From the NCBI RefSeq assembly GCF_004010195.1, contig NC_057746.1:2060324-2124323 (forward strand): a DNA stretch of 64,000 nt, written 5' to 3'. A model generated the notes under the pieces. The model did not search any database, was not told where the DNA came from, and saw only the letters and a program-made list of their open reading frames with translations. The position numbers were made by a program, and so were the translations under genes. Positions 12,846 through 24,329 of the stretch are shown piece after piece. The stretch's first letter is position 1; each line of letters begins with the position of its first letter. The stretch comes from Chiloscyllium plagiosum. Its lineage: Eukaryota.

Positions 12846-13056
12846 TTCACTGATGTTATGGTAGGTGCAGCAACTTTGTGAAGGCTTTATTACAGAAATC
12901 ACACTGATTGGGTTTCTCCAATGTGAATGTGTTGATGGACCGGGAGATACGCTGTTTGAAAGGCTTGTTACACAATCACATCTGAGTGGTTTCTCAACAG
13001 TGTCAACAGGTCGAAGACATCACAAAATCTTCATCACAAACTTCACTCCAAAAGGG

Positions 13057-13824
13057 TTATTTATCTGTGTGGATCCTTAGATGAAGAAGAAGGATCGATG
13101 ACCGTGAGAATGATTTTTCACAGACACTGCACTTGAATGGTTTCTCCCCTGTGTGAATGCATTTGTGTCTGCGGAGATTTGATGACCCAGAGAATGATTT
13201 CTCGCACACGTTGCATGTGAATGGCTTCTCCCCTGTGTGAGTACGTTGATGTATGCGAAGGGTGGCTGACTCCGAGAATGATTTATTGCACATCTCGCAC
13301 TTGAATGGTTTCTCCCCAGTATGAATGCGTTGGTGTACGCGGAGGGCTGATGTCCACGAGAATGACTTGTCACATACATCGCACTTGAATGGTTTGTACT
13401 CTGTATGGACAGGCTGATGGACCAAGAGTTTTGAAAATTTTGTGAAGGCTTTGTCACACGTATTACATTTGAATGGTTTCCCCCCAGTGTGAGTGCACTT
13501 GTGTGCATAGAGAGTTGATGACTGTGAGAATGATTTGTCACACAACTCACACATAAATGGTTTCTCGCCTGTGTGAATGCGCTGGTGTCTATGAAGACTT
13601 GATGACTGTGAGAATGATTTGCAACATACCTCACATGTGAATGGTTTCCCCCCTGTATGAATCCTATGATGTGTCAGGAGATTGGAAGCCTGGGTGAAAG
13701 CTGTGTCACAAACCTCACACATAAACGCTTTCTCCCCTGTGTGCTTTCTCTGGTGTCTCAGGAGGGTGGAAGATGTCACAAAAGCTTTATGACAAGCCTC
13801 ACACTTGAAGGGTTTCTTTTCCAT
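13057..13824 (-). CDS. C2H2 zinc-finger-only protein, 9 fingers (ZNF-A)
   Basis: 255-aa ORF with 9 CxxC-x12-HxxxH repeats and TGEKP-type linkers, starting MEKKPFKC; decayed fingers continue at 12845-13056. Exon 1 appears deleted, so it may be a pseudogene. Confidence 0.85.
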   Translation of the reverse strand: MEKKPFKCEACHKAFVTSSTLLRHQRKHTGEKAFMCEVCDTAFTQASNLLTHHRIHTGGKPFTCEVCCKSFSQSSSLHRHQRIHTGEKPFMCELCDKSFSQSSTLYAHKCTHTGGKPFKCNTCDKAFTKFSKLLVHQPVHTEYKPFKCDVCDKSFSWTSALRVHQRIHTGEKPFKCEMCNKSFSESATLRIHQRTHTGEKPFTCNVCEKSFSGSSNLRRHKCIHTGEKPFKCSVCEKSFSRSSILLLHLRIHTDK

Positions 13825-15109
13825 AATGCTGCATGTGTGTTGCAGATCTTACAGAAGGTACGCCTTATGGTTCAAGAGATCTTATGACCCTGTAGAGTTT
13901 TCCTCACACACCTCACACTTGAACAGTCCCTCCATTGTAGGAATGAGTCAGTGGTTCATGAAGCTAGCTGAATGAATGTAGCTGTCACCATACTTGGAGC
14001 CACTCACACTTCTTCCCAGCCTCACCCTGACCAATCACCCACAGCCAAACCTTCAGAAAGGTTGGTTCTGATGGAAGGCTGCACACCACTGACCAGTTTC
14101 AGATCTGATGATATGTCAAGTTCCCCAGACCCAACCAATTTCCAGATGATAATTTTAACTGCCCAAACTTCTCCATGTTGAGCAATGCTGTGAAGGGACT
14201 GGATGTCTTCCAACAGTTGTGCAGTTGTTCCATGGGTGACAGTCAGGATCTATCTGCAGTGTCTATCCTCTCTGTATTCTCTGGTGTAGTACAATGTAAT
14301 CCTTCTGTAAAACAGGAAAAGTAAACATGATTTCCTCCAACTGCCACTCGTTATTTGCTGAAGTGGTTGATTCTTCAGTTCGAGACTGTTCCACAGTATG
14401 TGTTAGTCTGCTACTCCCCAAGTGGGAGTATGCAAGTTTTTTCTATTTCCTCACTTGACTGTCACATATCCTCTGTTGTGAGCATGGACATGGGATATTG
14501 ACCAGGATTAGACAATATGGCTACTTTGTTTCCTCTGTCCAAACAGCATTTTCCAAGGCACTGTGTAGGCAATGGAAAAGACAGTTAAGTGGAGTGTAAA
14601 ATGGGATATCAATTTACTATGAACCCGTGTTGTGCTGGAGTAGTCCTGTTTTACCTTTACAGTATGTACTTAAGATAATACAAACTGAGGAGACATATTG
14701 GTTAGTGGAGATATTGATTTCTCCTCCTTCTTTTCCAAACTTATTTTGCTCAGGAAGTATAAAAAAACTGAGGAAAATATTTCTTCAGTGTAACAGATTG
14801 AAGGGTTCTGGTTTATACACTGTGTTCACGCAGTCTGCACATTTCCAAATTCAGATTTCAGCCTCAGTACTGGGCAAAACTATCAAAGCTAAGCCTTGAC
14901 TTTTGGGAAAAGCCAAGGCCAACAGGTATAATAGTTAAAGAAGGCATTAAAACACAATTCAATGGATATTGTGCATTCAAACTTTGCTCCTTCACTCAGC
15001 ACCTCCTCATTTTGTTTTCTGCTGAAAGAAAGTGAAGTTTCAGCAGAAAAAGGAGACAAATGAGTAGAGTAGGAGTTCAACTATTCCCCATATTTATTCA
15101 CATTTTAGA

Positions 15110-16230
15110 CTTTAGGATAGGAAACCAGATCTTCAAATTTGTTGGTGATACAAAATGGACAGTGGTGGAAGCAACATGCATAGAGACATAAAATTACAAA
15201 GAGAAATTGATGGTTTAAGGAATTGGACAACACTGTGGCAAATAAATTCCTATGTCAGCACTTTGCACTGACAAATAATACAACAAGGTACTGTATAAAT
15301 GGTGAAAAACAAGACACAGTGGATGTTCAAAGCAACTTCAAGACTCAGGCACAAAGATCATTAAAATGTCATGAACAGGGTGAAAAAATAATCAAGAAGA
15401 CTCATTGAATGCTGGCCTTTTCAAACTGAGGACAAGAATACAAAGGGCTAGTCTTCATATTTCAATTATGCGAAGCTATGCCTTGACTACACTAAGAATA
15501 TTGAGAGCAGTTCTGGGTAACGCACAAAAGGAAGAAGATGTTAGTCTTAGAGGGAGTGTAGTGTAGATTTACTAGAATAATCGCTGGATTGTACATGGTT
15601 GAATTAGGTTAAAAAAAATCACACAACACCAGATTATAGTCCAATAGGTTTATTTGGAAGTACTAAACCATGACACTATGATCTTGTGCTCTAAATTCTG
15701 TGTCTTATAATCCTACCCCATGAGCTAACTGACGAAGGAGCAGCACTCTGAAAGCTAGTACTTTCAAATAAACCTGTTGGACTGTAACCTGGTGTTGTGT
15801 GATTTTTAACTTTGAAAACTCCAGTCCAACACCGGCATCTCCACTGGTTAAATTATGAAGAGGGATGAAACAAACTTGGGTTATAATCCCCAGATTTAAG
15901 AACGTAAAGTGTTCAATATGTTAAGAGGAAGAAACAAGATGAATGTAGATAAACTATTTTCACTGGGTGGATCATTCAGGACCAGGCACATGCTGTAAAA
16001 AATTTGACCTAGATCTTTTCAGAAGTGAAACAAGGAAATATTGAGTCACCAATGGTGGGGGAAGATTGGAACTCACTTCCACTTAAGAAATCAATTGTTA
16101 ATAGTAAATATAAGATTTTTGTTTCATAAAATTTTGTATGGATCTGGAAAAGGGAGGAATATGGAGTTCAATTACAGATGCACCATGATCTCACTGAATG
16201 GTGGAACATATTCAAGTCACTAAATGGTAC
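15110..16230 (+). mobile_element. Old CR1 LINE RT/3' remnant in the ZNF-A intron
   Basis: Decayed KFxxDTK, LEYxxQFW and LExVxxRFT motifs in the order of CR1 ORF2. Confidence 0.6.
15605..15845 (+). mobile_element. Penelope-like fold-back fragment with hammerhead core
   Basis: Inverted arms AAAATCACACAACACCAG... / ...CTGGTGTTGTGTGATTTT; CTGACGA-AGGAGCAGCACTCT-GAAA at 15729-15753; flanked by TGGTT(G/A)AATTA direct repeats. Confidence 0.75.
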
Positions 16231-16369
16231 AGCCCTAAAGCTATGTACTGACCCTCAAAAGAAGCAGCTCTCCTTCTGTACTGTCTCTCTGACAGGGCAA
16301 CCTTCGATTCGAGAAACTGTACAGAGACCACAAGATAATACCCAGCTCCCAACACAGACATAATGTGAC

Positions 16370-16676
16370 AATAGGAAATCAGTGCGAATCCTCAGGCACT
16401 CTGCACCACCCAGATCATTACACTTCACATATTCAGGAATGAGCCATCAACAAAACTCAGCCTGGAAATCAGAGGGAAATGCTGCCAATAAACACACTCA
16501 ATGTTCAACACACAGCTCCAGTCAAACAGTTCAGCACAAAGCACCGAGTAAACAGCTCTCTCAGCTGGATCTTCTCACACAGCATAAGGGACATTTCCAC
16601 CCCAGATTGCCCACAGGATAGTCAGACTGCCTGAAGATTGGTGTGGATATTATGGGATACAATTTGTATAAAAGCT
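16370..16676 (-). repeat. Conserved ZNF 5'/intron-1 module, copy 1 (truncated by Tx1)
   Basis: Near-identical inverted match to 17892-18205 and direct match to 39420-39730. Confidence 0.9.
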
Positions 16677-17604
16677 TTTTTTTATTTCAAAAATATACTT
16701 TATTCATAAAATAATTTGATGGTCTGTACAATTGGTCATGCCATACTTATGTAAACATGTACATACAGAGATCAGAATTTATCATTTTTATATAGGTCTG
16801 TACATTTTTCTATCATATGCCCATATAATTAGCTGAGGCGTCAGCAGAGCCCAAATGACTGCATGGGCCCCCTGTTCTTTGTTAGGCAGGCAGACTTTAC
16901 ACAGTGGTCTTTCCCCACTGCGCCTTGGCGGCAGCTGCCCCAAGCTTCAGCGCGTCCCTCAACACGTAGTCCTGGACCTTGGAATGTGCCAGTCTGCAAC
17001 ACTCAGTCGGGGTCAACTCCTTCAGCTAGAAGATCAGCAGGTTTCGGACCACCCAGAGAGCGTCCTTCACTGAGTTGATGATCCTCCAGGCACAGTTGAT
17101 GTTCGTCTCGGTGTGCGTCCCGTGGAACAGGCCGTAGAGCACGGAGTCCCGCGTCACGGCGCTGCTCGGGACGAACCTCGACAAACACCACTGCATTCCT
17201 CTCCAGACTTCCTCTGCATAGGCACATTCCAGAAGGAGGTGTGTGACAGTCTCATCCCCCCCACAGCTGCTTCGATGGCAGCGTGCAGTGCGGCTGAGAG
17301 TCTGGGCGTGCACAGAGGATCTCACAGGCAGAGCCCTTCTCACCACCAGCCAAGCCATGTCTTGGTGCTTGTTGGAAAGTTCTGAAGATGGCCCGGGTGA
17401 CTGCAGCGGCACAGGTTCTGGGAATAGGTTCTGGGTATAATAGCAATGACAGTGCCTCACACCTGATGACCAGGTTTTTTCCCGCAATGGAGAGCAGCCA
17501 TAGCTTCCATCTGCCCAGTTTCTGCCTCACTTTGCTGAATCGCTCCTCCCAAGACTTGGCGCACGCCCCAGCCCCCCCCCCGAACCAAATACCCAGCACC
17601 TTCA
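16677..17604 (-). mobile_element. 5'-truncated, internally deleted L1/Tx1-clade LINE
   Basis: Minus-strand LKVLGIWFG...LSIAGKNLVIRCE..., ELSNKHQDMAWLVVRRALPVR, C-x4-C-GGDETVTHLLLEC (zf-RVT) and WRIINSVKDALW; A-rich tail appears as the T-run at 16676. Confidence 0.85.
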
Positions 17605-17626
17605 GAAATATGTGGATTGATTGTGA

Positions 17627-17762
17627 TGTGGAGGTGTCGGTGTTGGACTGTGATGGACAAAGTCAAAAATCACACGACACCAGCTTATAGTCCAATAAGT
17701 TTATTTGGAAGCACTAGCCTTCAGAGCGCTGCTCCTTCTTCACGTAGCTAACTGACGAAGGA
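17627..17762 (-). mobile_element. Penelope-like terminal repeat fragment with a 13-bp TSD, inserted in the ZNF-B promoter
   Basis: Flanked by GGATTGATTGTGA (17614-17626) and GGATTGGCTGTGA (17763-17775); the ZNF-C paralog carries this sequence only once. Confidence 0.8.
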
Positions 17763-17883
17763 GGATTGGCTGTGAGAGACTTCAATCAGAGAGCCCACCC
17801 ACTCTGCCCATTGTCTCCTTTTCCTCTTCCAGAGCTGGTTCACTTCCTATAGGGACTGAAAACCAAGTGAGGAGATGGTGAGT
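17763..17883 (+). promoter_or_regulatory. Putative promoter and first exon of ZNF-B, ending ATG|GTGAGT
   Basis: CCAAT-like boxes (ATTGG, CAATCAG), pyrimidine-rich start region, Ets-like CACTTCCT, ATG at 17875-17877 followed by a consensus donor; matching acceptor TTTCCTTTTCCTGTTTTACAG ends at 19702; conserved in ZNF-C. Confidence 0.6.
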
Positions 17884-17891
17884 GAAGGAGC

Positions 17892-18205
17892 AGCTTTTAT
17901 ACAAATTGTATCCCATAATATCCACACCAATCTTCAGGCAGTCTGACTATCCTGTGGGTAATCAGGGGTGGAAATGTCCCTTATGCTGTGTGAGAAGATC
18001 CAGCTGAGAGAGCTGTTTACTCGGTGCTTTGTGCTGAACTGTGTGACTGGAGCTGTGTGTTGGATATTGAGTGTATTTATTGGAAGCAGTTCACCTTTAA
18101 ATGTTCAGGCTGAGTTTTGTTGATGGCTCATTCCTGAATAGGAGAAGGTGAGGTGTAATTATCTGTGTGGTGCAAAGTGTCTGAGGATTATTAGTGATTT
18201 CTTAT
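17892..18205 (+). repeat. Conserved ZNF 5'/intron-1 module, copy 2
   Basis: Inverted repeat of 16370-16676 and of 39420-39730. Confidence 0.9.
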
Positions 18206-18494
18206 TGTTGAGTTCTAAGTTTATTCTGTTTATTAGTCTGTGAATGTTACACGGTCAGTTCTCTGTGTTGATATGTTTGAATATTTCCCATCTTTTCAAT
18301 CCTTCCAAGACCTCCAAATACCCTGTCTCTATGACATCCCCAGAAAAGAAAGACAGACTTGCATTCATGCAGAATTAATTGTGGAAAACAAAAACGATAA
18401 AATGAACAGAATGTGTGGGTACTTTGACTGACATCTCTTAAAACTAATCAAAATATTTCTGGAGCTATATGAGTTTCTTGAAGCTTGTGAAACT

Positions 18495-18685
18495 GAGAGA
18501 GAGTTGCACTGTCTGAATGGGGTAACCGAGGGAGAGCCACACTGTCAAAATGGTGTTACTGAAGGAGAGCTGTACAATCAGGTGTCACTGAGGAAGGACT
18601 TGGCAGTCTGATGGGGGACACTGAGGCTGGGTTGCACTGTCAGATGGAGGGACACCAGGGGTGAACTGCACTCTGAGAGGAATGG
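18495..18685 (+). repeat. Degenerate ~30-bp minisatellite
   Basis: About six units resembling ACTGAGGGAGAGCTGCACTGTCAGATGG. Confidence 0.5.
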
Positions 18686-18779
18686 CAGGCAAAAGTGAAC
18701 CTAATCATCTCCCCATGACATAGTGAAATTTCAACAATCAATGTTCTGGGTATAACAGTTGTCCAGTAGCAGAATTGAA

Positions 18780-19340
18780 CCAGCCATATAAATACTGTGG
18801 CTATAACTGTAGGTGAATAACACACCTCTAATTACCCCAAAGCCTGTCCGCCATCTATAAAGCACAAGTTAGGCATGTGATAGAATATTCTCCACTTGCT
18901 TGGATGAGTGTAGTCTCAACAGTACTCATGAAGCTTGACACCATCCAGGACAAGACAGCCTACTTGACTGTCACTCATCCACCACCGCCAACATTCACTC
19001 CGTTCTTTAGGACACACACTGGTAGCAGTGTATACCATCCACAAAATATACTTCAGTAGATCACCGTGGCTGCTTCAACAGCACCTTTCAAATCTAGCTT
19101 CTAACAACGAGAAGGACAAGGGCAACAGATGTCAGCACAAAATACCTGGGAGCTCCATTCCAACATCAGACTATCTGACTTGGAACTATATCATTGTGCC
19201 CTGACTATTAGTAGGGAAAATTCCTGGAACTCCTTTCCTTACAGCATTGTGGGTCTAACTTACCAATACTCCTCCCTTACCCCACCCCAAGAAAGCAGTT
19301 CATGACAACCTTCTCCAGAGCAGTTAGAGGTAGGTGATAA
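18780..19340 (+). mobile_element. Old CR1/L2-group LINE 3' remnant
   Basis: YKAQVRHVIEYSPLAWMS...KLDTIQDK is an RT C-terminal motif; related pieces lie on the minus strand at 32240-32710 and 35980-36700. Confidence 0.6.
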
Positions 19341-19349
19341 TTACTGAAG

Positions 19350-19577
19350 ACAAAAATTGCTGGAAATCATAGTGGGTCAGGCAACATCTGTGGGAGGGTG
19401 GGGAAGAGAGAGAGAGAGAGCTCATGTTTCATGTCTAGATGACTCTTCATCAGAACAGAGTCACCTAGACTTGAAATGTTAGCTTGCTTTCTCTCCACAG
19501 ATGCTACCTGATCTGTCATGATTTTCAGCACAGTTTGTTTTCAGTGCACATTCCAGCATCTGCAGTAATTTGCTCCT
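19350..19577. mobile_element. Small Penelope-like fold-back element
   Basis: Inverted arms around a minus-strand CTGATGA...GAAA core (19427-19453); flanked by GGTGATAA-like direct repeats. Confidence 0.6.
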
Positions 19578-20142
19578 ACAGTGGGTGATAAGTGTTGGCC
19601 TGGGCAGTGATGCCCATATCATCTGAAAATATATCGAAAGAGTTAGCCTTTTCAGCAAAGAAGGAGAAGGAGGAAATCATGTTTCCTTTTCCTGTTTTAC
19701 AGAAGGATTGCCCCGTACAACACAAAAGAGGACAGACAATCCAGATAGATTCTGACACTGACCCAAAGAACAACTGCTTAACTGTGGGAAGATATCCAGG
19801 TCCTTTCGCAGCATTGCTCAACACTGGAGACTGAAATCATGATATGGAAATCAGTTGGGTGAGGGGAGCTTCAGTATATTATCTGATCTGAAAATGGTCA
19901 GTGGTGTGGAGCCTAACCTGCCCAAATGTTTAGCTGTGGGTGATTGGTCAGAGTGAGGCTGGGAAGAATTGCGAGTGGGTTCCAAGAGTGGTGAGAGCTT
20001 AAATCATTCATTGAGCCTCATGAACCAGTGATTTGTCCTTGCAGGTTCAAGCTGTTCAAGTGAGAGATGTTTGAGGAGAATTCTACAGGCTCATACGATA
20101 AGGTGCATCTGTTAGAAACACTGCTAATACACAGACAGCTAT

Positions 20143-21594
20143 ATGGAAGAGAGACTGTTTAAATGTGAGGTCTGTGACCAAGGTTTTACCAAGTCATCAA
20201 TGCTTGTGAACCACCAACACATCCACACAGGGAAGAAACCATTTATATGTAAAGTGTGCAGCAAATCATTCTCAGATTCATCAACCCTGCGCAGACATCT
20301 ACGCATTCATACTGGGGAAAAGCCATTCATGTGCAAAGTGTGTAAAAAATCATTTTTGACATCATCAACCCTTTATAAACACCAACGCATTCACACACAG
20401 GAGAGACCATTCAGATGTAAGGTATGTGACAAATCATTCTCATGGTCAGAGAATCTCTGGAGACACCAACGCATCCACACAGGGGAGAAATTATATAAGT
20501 GTGAGGTGTGTCACAAATCATTCTCTGACTCATCAAGACTTCTGCTCCACCAGAGGATTCACACAGGGGAGAAACCATTCGCGTGCAAGGTGTGTAACAA
20601 ATCATTCTCAGTGTCATCGCGCCTCCAAGTACACCAACGCATTCACACAGGCGAGAAACCATTCACATGTGAGGTGTGCAACAAAGCATTCTCAAATTCA
20701 TCACATCTGCGTGTACACCAACGCATTCACACAGGGGAGAAGCCATTTTCGTGCGAGGTGTGCAACAAATCATTCTCATCATCATCGGAGCTCCGTGTAC
20801 ACCAGCGAATTCACACAGGGGAGAAACCATTTGCATGTGAGGTGTGTGACAAATCTTTCTCGCAGTCAGAGAACCTCCGCACACACAAACGCATTCACAC
20901 AGGGGAGAAACCATTCGGATGTGAGGTGTGCAACAAGTCATTCTCACAGTTAGGGAACCTCCGCACACACCAACGGATTCACACAGGGGAAAAACTATTC
21001 AAATGTGAGGTGTGTGACAAATCATTTGCAGACTCATCAAGACTCCTGCTTCATCAGAGAAGTCACACAGGGGAGAAACCATTCACATGTGACATATGTA
21101 ACAAAGCATTCTCGGTGTTATCAACCCTCCACAAACATCGAAATGTTCACATAGCAGAGAAACCATTCAGGTGCAATGTATGTGACAAATCATTCTCGGA
21201 TTCATCATACCTGCGCAGACACCAACGTGTTCACACAGGGGAAAAACCATTCACGTGTGATGTGTGTGACAAATCATTTTCAAGGTCATGCAACCTGCTG
21301 CTACATCAGAGGATTCACACAGGGGCAAAGCCATTCACTTGTGAAGTATGTGACAAATCATTTTCTTCATCGTCAAACCTCCGTGTACACCAACGCACCC
21401 ACACAGGGGAGAAACCTTTTATGTGCAAGGTGTGTAACAAATCATTTTCTGAGTCAGGGATCCTCCGCAAACACCAACGTATTCACACAGGGGAGAAACC
21501 ATTCATCTGCAAGATATGTGACAAATCATTCTCACGATCAGACAGTCTCCACAGACACCAACGCACTCACACAGGAGAAACCATTCATGCATGA
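20143..21594 (+). CDS. C2H2 zinc-finger-only protein, 17 fingers (ZNF-B)
   Basis: 483-aa ORF starting MEERLFKC with 17 intact fingers; it ends by a frameshift in the next linker (TGETIHA*), and decayed fingers continue to ~21855. Confidence 0.92.
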   Translation: MEERLFKCEVCDQGFTKSSMLVNHQHIHTGKKPFICKVCSKSFSDSSTLRRHLRIHTGEKPFMCKVCKKSFLTSSTLYKHQRIHTQERPFRCKVCDKSFSWSENLWRHQRIHTGEKLYKCEVCHKSFSDSSRLLLHQRIHTGEKPFACKVCNKSFSVSSRLQVHQRIHTGEKPFTCEVCNKAFSNSSHLRVHQRIHTGEKPFSCEVCNKSFSSSSELRVHQRIHTGEKPFACEVCDKSFSQSENLRTHKRIHTGEKPFGCEVCNKSFSQLGNLRTHQRIHTGEKLFKCEVCDKSFADSSRLLLHQRSHTGEKPFTCDICNKAFSVLSTLHKHRNVHIAEKPFRCNVCDKSFSDSSYLRRHQRVHTGEKPFTCDVCDKSFSRSCNLLLHQRIHTGAKPFTCEVCDKSFSSSSNLRVHQRTHTGEKPFMCKVCNKSFSESGILRKHQRIHTGEKPFICKICDKSFSRSDSLHRHQRTHTGETIHA

Positions 21595-21859
21595 TATATG
21601 CAACAAGTTAGTCTTGAGCTCATGGGACACCTGCTCTATCAGATGATCCACACAGGAAAGTAACCATTCAAATGTGAGGTTTGTGATCAACCACCACAGA
21701 ATTTGCAGAGGGAGAAATTTTTCAGGTGTGATGTTTGTGACAAACCTTTTCAACAGTCACTGCATTTCCAAGTCCATCAACCTTGTCAAAAAGGTGAGAA
21801 TAATGGTGTGAGGTCTATAACAAAGCTGTTGTTGAATCTCCTAGTACATCAGTGAACTC

Positions 21860-22400
21860 ATATGAGGACTGCCTGAGAAAGTTCTTCACAGTCTGTCCTC
21901 ATAATTGTTTACCTGTACACAGTCTCATTCTGCAGGATGTTCAGTGGGACTGGGACACAGAACAAGAAGCAACTTTCACTCCCATCAAACATCTAGTGAC
22001 GACATCATCAGTACTGAGGGATTATAATGTCAATAATGGAGTCACACTGCAGTGTGATGTCAGTGAAACAGGACTTGGAGTAACCCCCAGGCAGTGAGGA
22101 CAACCCGTTGTGTTTGTGTCCAGAGCATTAATAAACTGAACAACACTGCACAGTTTAAGGAAGATAGATGGGATGTTGTTTTTGCTCATGAACTTTTAAG
22201 CCAGTGCCTGTTTGTAGAGTTTGACCACCATCAAATTCAAACCTCCTTTCTCAAACTACCTCAACCTGCTCATGCAAAGGATGTGATTTTGCTTTTAAAA
22301 ATATCATTTGGAAGTGAAGTGCAAGCAAGGGAAGAATATGAACATCACTGACATTTTGCTGAGAGCTGTACCCTCTGTGAAAAAAGTTGATTGTACAGTG
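21860..22400 (+). mobile_element. Gypsy RT-end/RNase H remnant directly 3' of the ZNF-B decayed fingers
   Basis: LQDVQWDWDTEQEATFTPIKHLVTTSSVLRDYNVNNGVTLQCDVSETGLGV..Q*GQPVVFVSRAL, later GKNMNITDILLRA. Confidence 0.8.
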
Positions 22401-22409
22401 TGTAAAATC

Positions 22410-23688
22410 TTCTTAGAGATAGTCAGCATGGCTTTGTGTATGGGAAATAGTGTGTCACAAACCCTGATTGAGGTTTTTGAGGATTTGACCAAGAAGATAG
22501 ATGAGGGCAGAGTGGTAGATGTTGTCTACATGGACGTCAACAAAGCCTTTGACATGGTTGCGCGTGGTAGGCTGGTTAGTAAAGTTAGATCACATGGGAT
22601 TCAGGGAAAGCTTGCCAACTGGATACAAAATTGGCTTGACAGAGGATGCTGACAGAGGGTTGTTTTTCGGACTGGAGGCCTGTGACCAGCAGTGTTCCTC
22701 AGGGTTCAGTGCTGCGTCCACTGTTATTTGTTAATCATATGGATGATTTGAATCAGAATATTGAAGAGTGGTTAGTAAGTTGATAAATTACATCAAAAGT
22801 AGTGGTATAGTAGACAGTGAAGGAAGTATTCTAAGAGTACAAAGGGATATTGATCAATTGGGCCAATAGATCGAGGAGTGGCAGATGGAATTTAACTTAG
22901 ATAAATGAAGGTGTTGTATCTTGGTAAGACAAACAAGGGCAGAACTTATACAGTTAATGGTAAGGCCCTGGGGAATGTTGTTGAACAGAGAGACCAAGAG
23001 GTTCAGGTATATCGTTCCTTGAAATTTGCATCACAGGTAGTCAGGGTGGTAAAGGCAACATTTGGCACACCATTGCTCAGACCATTAAGTATAGGAGTTG
23101 GGATTTTGGGACTGTTGCGTTTTTACAGGACATTGGTTAGGCAACATTTGGAGTACGTATACAGTTCTGGTCACCCTGCTATAGGATGGATATTATTAAA
23201 TTAGAGAGGATGCAGAAAAGATTCACAAAGGTGTTACTGGGACTGACAGGTTTGAGTTATAAGTAGGGGCTCGATCGGCTAGGATTTTTTTCACTGGAGC
23301 ATATGGGGTTGAGGGGTGACCTTATAGAAGTTTATAAAATCATGAGGGGTACAGATATGGTGAATAGCAAAGATAGTTTCCGTTGGGTAGTGGAAACTCA
23401 AAACTAGAGGGCATCATTTTAAAATGAGAGGAGAAAGATTTAAAAGGAACCTGAGGGGCAACATTTTCACACAAAGGATGGTTTGTATGTGGAATGAACT
23501 GCCAGAGGAAGTGATAGGTGCAAGTATGGTTACAACAGTTAAAAGACATTTGATCAGGTACGTGAATACCAAAGGGTATGGGCCAAACACAGGCAAATGG
23601 GAATAGTTTAGTCTGGGAAATCTGGTTGACATGGATGAGTTGGACCAAAGGGTCTGGTTCTCTGCTGTGTGACTCTATGACTATGACG
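22410..23688 (+). mobile_element. CR1 (HER1-like) LINE 3' ~1.3 kb, inserted in the Gypsy remnant
   Basis: LIEVFEDLTKKIDEGRVVDVVYMDVNKAFD...WIQNWL, VPQGSVL and FFTQRMVCMWNELPEEV motifs; tail GACTCTATGACTATGAC. Confidence 0.9.
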
Positions 23689-24329
23689 CTATTCAACTAA
23701 AAGAAACAGTATGATATTGACTCAGCTTTCCCAGTTTCTAGATTGTTGAGGCAATGACACCACGACATTTGCTAATGCTCAGGAAGCTTAAGTTTCTGAC
23801 AGGCCTTTCCTTGGCTCTGAAAACATCTGCAACCCTGATTTAGAGTCTGAGACTTCAGTCAGTTCTGATTACTTACCTAGGAAATGGTGGGCAAGCAAAA
23901 AAACAAATCTAACTCCTAACACCATACATCTGCAACCGGTCACTCACCTCCCACTCTCACTTCTGACCGCTTGACTGCCATCCTTGCATCCACCTTCCCA
24001 ACGCAGTTGAACCTGATCACATTACCTGACCTGACTTGACTAGCCTACACCTAAAATATTAACCAATCAATGCCCCAACACACCTAACTTCACCCACATC
24101 ACACCTTCCACCCTCCCCATCTACCACTGCACCCAATTAAATCATGAACACTGCCCACTTACCCGCCCTATTTCCAATCCATCTGTCTGTCCACATTGGT
24201 CATTTATCGATGGTAACTAGTGCTGTAAACAGGAGACATATCTTCACTGATTTTCTTCACTGCTGTGAGCATGGATTTCTGCACTGAGGGAGTGTTTTTG
24301 GCCAGAACAGTCATATCCAGGTAAATGGG

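Noticed and set aside
17878-19702. Hidden KRAB, SCAN or BTB exon in ZNF introns
   Set aside because: No such motif seen in the ORF track or by eye; the introns are mostly the conserved module plus repeats.
20411-21646. Alternative-frame and antisense ORFs over the finger arrays (e.g. TQGRNH repeats; also 13077-13634 and 37617-37898)
   Set aside because: Shadow frames of the 84-bp finger repeat; no independent evidence of coding.
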